A stretch of DNA of 64,000 bases from Promethearchaeota archaeon (GTDB taxonomy: Archaea > Asgardarchaeota > Lokiarchaeia > Sigyniarchaeales > SOKP01), in assembly GCA_048941015.1 (NCBI GenBank), contig JBHLNZ010000006.1:1-64000 (forward strand), read 5' to 3'. The translations under genes were made by a program, and so were the position numbers. The notes beneath the pieces were generated by a model. It saw only the letters and a program-made list of their open reading frames with translations. It ran no database searches and had not been told where the DNA came from. Below, one piece after another: positions 59,992-64,000 of the stretch; the stretch's first letter is position 1; each line of letters opens with the position of its first letter.

Positions 59992-62097
59992 TTGATAACT
60001 ATAAATGATGTAGAACCGGATGAAGCAGTTTTATTAAACCCTAATTTAGGGCATCCCCTATTCTTGGAACTAGATCGCAAGTTAAAGCAAAAAAATTTTC
60101 AAATTAATTTACTTTTTGTAAGCAATATTAAAACTAGCAATGAACTTGAGAAATTTTTAAAATATAAACTTGTTTTGGTCCCACTTCTTGAATACAAATG
60201 GAAAATGACATTATTGCTACGAAAACAAAAGAAGAAAAAGGAAATAGTAAAAGAAAAGGAAGTAAAAAAATCTTTTTGGAGAAGATTAATCAATAAATTA
60301 TTTCGAAAAAAATCTAAACTGAAAGAAGAAAAAATCTCAGAAGAAGAATTATCTATTGATATCTCTAAAGAAAAGCTCAAGTATTTAAAGCCACGAATAT
60401 TGAGAGGGGATCCTATTTCGGCAGTAATTTTGCATACTGAACCAACTTATATTACGGGAATTGAAAATACGAGCTATGATGATTATTGCAGTCCTCCAGA
60501 ATATCTCATTAGACATAATATTATTGGAAAATTAGACCATTTTTATAAAGTAACAATTGATTTCAACCTTTCAAATGAAGTAATCGAATTTTTGGATGTT
60601 CGAAATTTTGTTATGTTTGACATTAAACATGAGAGAATAAAAGGAAAAGATAGTATTAATTATCATTCCTTTGTTCTTTCTAAAAATTTAAGTAAAGATT
60701 TAAATTGTATTCATGCTACGGATTTGCATTTAGCAGAAAGAAACGACCGAATTTATAGTATAATAAAAAAATGGTCACAAACGATTACTAAAGAAACACT
60801 TAAAGGAAATGAACAGTTACAGAAAGGCAAGGTTTCATTCTTTAAAAAAATCTTTAATATAATTCCTAAAAAAGAAACTTCTCCTATTAAACCACTTAAA
60901 AAACGACTAATTAATCCAAATAATAATTTTAGGAAATTTATTAAATTGATGAATGAAAAAGTTCTTGAAAATAATTTAGATTTTATTGTATTAACGGGAG
61001 ATTTAATCGATTTTGCTATCCTTTCAAAAGTACCTAAAGATGTTAGGAAGGTTATTGACTTTGACTATAAACAGAGTAATTGGAGAGTATTTAAAGAAAT
61101 TGTACTGAATTTTCCTCAGAAAAAAAGGAGGGGTGTAATTAATGGAGAAGAATTAATGTGCCCTATTTTCACATTACCCGGAAATCATGATTATCGTCCT
61201 TTTCATTATGATCTTAGATGGGGTGGTTTATATAAAAAGATTGGATTAAGTGCAAATGAGGCTATTGCATTAAATGATAAATTACTAGCAAATCCCATAA
61301 GTTCTATTACAAAAAGCTTTCGAGCATTAAAAGCCTATTTAATGGAAATCAATTCTTCTTTAAATTATTCAATAAGATTTGGAAAAAATAATTTTATATT
61401 TTTAAATAGTGGTTCGGACTCTTTTAAAAATTTACGAGATTTTATGATGGGTAAACCTTCAGTTACAGGAGTCTCAAGTAAACAAATAAAATATTTGGAA
61501 AACCTAATTAATTATAAAATAACTCAAGATAGCAATATCTTTCTTTTTTTACATGGACCCCCAATAAATCCTAAGCGTTCAATAAATATATTTAAACGGT
61601 TTGAAAAATGGATATCTTCTACAGAGATTGGTTCGCAAATTGATGAACTCAAGGAATCTTTAGTTAAAAAGCTCGGTGAGGCTCTTTCTAAAGCTAGAAT
61701 CGATCTTAAATTTGATGTTAAATTTGGTACAATTTCAACAAACTGGGAAAAACTTATTAAATTTTGTAAGGATTATACGCTCTTAACTCTATGTGGACAT
61801 ACTCATGAACTAAAAGAATTCAGATTAGGAGATCCCGAAGCGACAAAGTCAACTGTTTTTCAAGCACCTCCTTTCAGTTTGAAGAAGATTGAAAACCCTG
61901 CTGCGATATATTACGATTTATATTCTGAAATTTTTTCTAATCCTAAAGATATTGAAAAAAATGCCCCTTTCGTAGTTCAAACGCCTGCTTTAGGAATGGG
62001 AGGGTTTCATAATCCAAAATTGGTTGGCGCTTTTCGAGAAATAAAGATACATAAAGAAAGATTATCCTCTTTCAAAGTTGATTTTATAAATCGGTAA
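59992..62097 (+). CDS. Calcineurin-like metallophosphoesterase with a large N-terminal extension
   Basis: TDLH, TGDLID, PGNHD, LHGP and GHTH motifs in the correct order. Confidence 0.88.
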   Translation: MITINDVEPDEAVLLNPNLGHPLFLELDRKLKQKNFQINLLFVSNIKTSNELEKFLKYKLVLVPLLEYKWKMTLLLRKQKKKKEIVKEKEVKKSFWRRLINKLFRKKSKLKEEKISEEELSIDISKEKLKYLKPRILRGDPISAVILHTEPTYITGIENTSYDDYCSPPEYLIRHNIIGKLDHFYKVTIDFNLSNEVIEFLDVRNFVMFDIKHERIKGKDSINYHSFVLSKNLSKDLNCIHATDLHLAERNDRIYSIIKKWSQTITKETLKGNEQLQKGKVSFFKKIFNIIPKKETSPIKPLKKRLINPNNNFRKFIKLMNEKVLENNLDFIVLTGDLIDFAILSKVPKDVRKVIDFDYKQSNWRVFKEIVLNFPQKKRRGVINGEELMCPIFTLPGNHDYRPFHYDLRWGGLYKKIGLSANEAIALNDKLLANPISSITKSFRALKAYLMEINSSLNYSIRFGKNNFIFLNSGSDSFKNLRDFMMGKPSVTGVSSKQIKYLENLINYKITQDSNIFLFLHGPPINPKRSINIFKRFEKWISSTEIGSQIDELKESLVKKLGEALSKARIDLKFDVKFGTISTNWEKLIKFCKDYTLLTLCGHTHELKEFRLGDPEATKSTVFQAPPFSLKKIENPAAIYYDLYSEIFSNPKDIEKNAPFVVQTPALGMGGFHNPKLVGAFREIKIHKERLSSFKVDFINR

Positions 62098-62121
62098 ACT
62101 ATTTCCATCAAAAGAAAAAAA

Positions 62122-62766
62122 TCATACTAAATTATACCCTAGTTCAAATGCATTAATAGCTTCTGAACCTAACTTATTTGTCGTTGAGATTAATTCCCTA
62201 ATTCTTTTCTCATTAAAAATTCCCATAAATTCTTTTGCAATAACCCCTAATATGATATAATCTCCAAATTTAGTATCATTAAATTGAAATTGTGCTAAAT
62301 CAGTAAAATTCATAGATATAATCCTTCTTGCTAATTGATCTAAAATATCTATTATTTCTCCTATCGATGGTTGAATATTTTTCTCATTCGTATTTTTATT
62401 ATTATTCATTTTGAAATTTTGATTTATATTCATTATTACAACTGTTTTTTCAGAAATATAGTTTTTAGATTTATATGTTGCAAGTGGATCAAGTCCTATA
62501 ATCAAATGTGCATCCTTCATAGGAATTAACGGAGATATTAAATCTTCTTTGCTATAATTTTGTTCAAAAGAATAAATCCTATTATCTATTAAATATCTAA
62601 TACCAATATATTTGACAATTCTGGAATTAGAATTGATTTCATCTATATTGTCAACCACTTTTTTAATGATAGGCGATTTTTTTGCAAAATCTCTTAGGAT
62701 GGTTCCAATTAGAGCTAGTTTGTAACTATTCACTCCAACGATTAAGATATTAAAAATGTCTGCCAT
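62122..62766 (-). CDS. Divergent 2-oxoacid:ferredoxin oxidoreductase gamma/IorB-like protein
   Basis: FNILIVGV, SPLIP..DAHLIIGLDP, ILGV and NAFELGY; the GVGGQG loop is degenerate. Confidence 0.6.
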   Translation of the reverse strand: MADIFNILIVGVNSYKLALIGTILRDFAKKSPIIKKVVDNIDEINSNSRIVKYIGIRYLIDNRIYSFEQNYSKEDLISPLIPMKDAHLIIGLDPLATYKSKNYISEKTVVIMNINQNFKMNNNKNTNEKNIQPSIGEIIDILDQLARRIISMNFTDLAQFQFNDTKFGDYIILGVIAKEFMGIFNEKRIRELISTTNKLGSEAINAFELGYNLV

Positions 62767-62818
62767 CTAATTCAATTTAAAATAAATTATTAAAAAAATA
62801 GAAAAATTGTCTTTTTAT

Positions 62819-64000
62819 TTAATGAAATACAGGTCTGCCTTTCCGATGAATTGCCATACCAAATACGTCCTCAGCAGCTTCTAAAACCATCTCTGAAATA
62901 GTTGGATGAGAATGTATTACTTCTGTTAAATCATGAACTGTTAGATTGTGCTGCATAGCTACTGCGATTTCAGCAATTAGCTCTGATGCTTCCGCACCAA
63001 TACAAGAAGCCCCAACAATCTTATGGGTATCCTTATCTGCCAAAATCATTAAAAATCCATCATCCTCCGCCATACACTTCGCTTTTCCTAAAGATACATA
63101 TGGAAACCGTCCCATCAATAGATCTATTCCCAAATCTTTCGCTTGTTTTCTTCTTAAACCGACAGAACCTATATTTGGACTGGTAAATATAGTTGCAGGA
63201 ATTATATTATAATCTGTCTTCCTTTCTTCCACAGGAAAACCGCCTATAGTTGCCAATGCATTCGCTACTGCAATATCACCCATATAACTTGCTACATGTG
63301 CTAACATTGGTGCTCCTGATGCTGAAACATCTCCAATCGCATAAATTCCTTTTACAGGAGTCTCAGCGGTTTTGGTATCAATCTTTATCGCACCCCTCAT
63401 CATTTCAATCCCAAGCTCTTCTAATCCTAGATTACTTGATTCTCTAGCTCTGCCAATTGAAACTAAACAATAATCAGCTTCAAAGTAAGACTTTTCAGCA
63501 CTATCTACTTGTTCCCTTGGAATATCCGCTGAGCATGTGGTAGCTTTTACTCCAGAACCTGTATTTTCTACTGATAATACATTTTGAGAAACTTTAATCT
63601 CTACGCCCATTGAATCTAATTTCTTTTGTAATTCTTTAACAATCATAGGTTCTTCTGTAGCTATTGGTGAAGGTAAATACTCTAACATTACGACTTTACT
63701 TCCGAAGGTTGTGAATATATTTGCAAATTCACAACCGATTACTCCCGCTCCAATAATTAATAGCTTTTTAGGTACAATTTTAAAATCAGGATGTAAAATA
63801 TCATCACTCGTTAATACCCTATCATGATCGATATTAAAAGCAGGAATCAATGCTGGAGAAGATCCTGTAGCAATAATAACTCGTTTTGCTTTGATTGTTT
63901 GAGTATCTTTACCTTCAATGGAAATATCAAACCCATTAGTAGCATTTCCTCCAATAATTTTTCCGTGTCCAATATAAACATCATTTTTCCAAGCTTTCTC
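62819..64000 (-). CDS. lpdA: Dihydrolipoyl dehydrogenase, 5'-truncated by the window edge
   Basis: The frame is open to base 64000; IIATGS, IIGAGVIGCE, YAIGD, MLAHVA and HSHPTISE motifs. Confidence 0.9.
   Translation of the reverse strand, partial: EKAWKNDVYIGHGKIIGGNATNGFDISIEGKDTQTIKAKRVIIATGSSPALIPAFNIDHDRVLTSDDILHPDFKIVPKKLLIIGAGVIGCEFANIFTTFGSKVVMLEYLPSPIATEEPMIVKELQKKLDSMGVEIKVSQNVLSVENTGSGVKATTCSADIPREQVDSAEKSYFEADYCLVSIGRARESSNLGLEELGIEMMRGAIKIDTKTAETPVKGIYAIGDVSASGAPMLAHVASYMGDIAVANALATIGGFPVEERKTDYNIIPATIFTSPNIGSVGLRRKQAKDLGIDLLMGRFPYVSLGKAKCMAEDDGFLMILADKDTHKIVGASCIGAEASELIAEIAVAMQHNLTVHDLTEVIHSHPTISEMVLEAAEDVFGMAIHRKGRPVFH

Noticed and set aside
3412-63447. Numerous 60-120 aa ORFs in the track that overlap longer genes (e.g. 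4901-5164, 5729-6097, 7454-7756, 40774-41109, 60099-60380)
   Set aside because: They are antisense or alternate-frame shadows of well-supported CDSs and have no recognisable motifs.
1-64000. CRISPR array, rRNA, integrase or provirus
   Set aside because: No repeat-spacer periodicity, no long GC-rich structural RNA and no recombinase or viral hallmark genes were seen.

Overview
This is a very AT-rich archaeal window, almost certainly Asgard (Lokiarchaeia-like). The assignment rests on an HMf-type histone, an Sm/LSm protein, a BHB-intron tRNA, a Loki-CTERM-type sorted protease and several eukaryote-like trafficking or signalling domains (longin, roadblock, uDENN-like, Arf-like and Rab-like GTPases, RING-H2, dual-specificity phosphatase). 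Metabolic content includes a FAD-oxidase/Adc/Fe-S cluster, thiC, thiDN, a leuB-like dehydrogenase, an ADH-AOR-MoaD cluster and a partial lpdA. The strongest candidate for an undescribed system is 12035-14943: a translationally coupled operon of a stand-alone uDENN-like protein and two paralogous 7-TM proteins, followed by an Arf-like GTPase-longin fusion. This resembles a primordial 7TM-receptor/G-protein/GEF module. The second candidate is 44915-48905: a RING-H2-TPR gene divergent from two tandem roadblock-Rab-pseudoGTPase paralogs, both with an altered DxGAQ switch II. Also notable are a 4475-aa surface protein with an internal TM hairpin, a solo TnpB with a rearranged RuvC and structured ends, tRNA-Arg(CCT) with two introns, probable non-AUG starts and a 74-bp gene-conversion tract. 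All family calls come from reading motifs by eye; no database searches were run.
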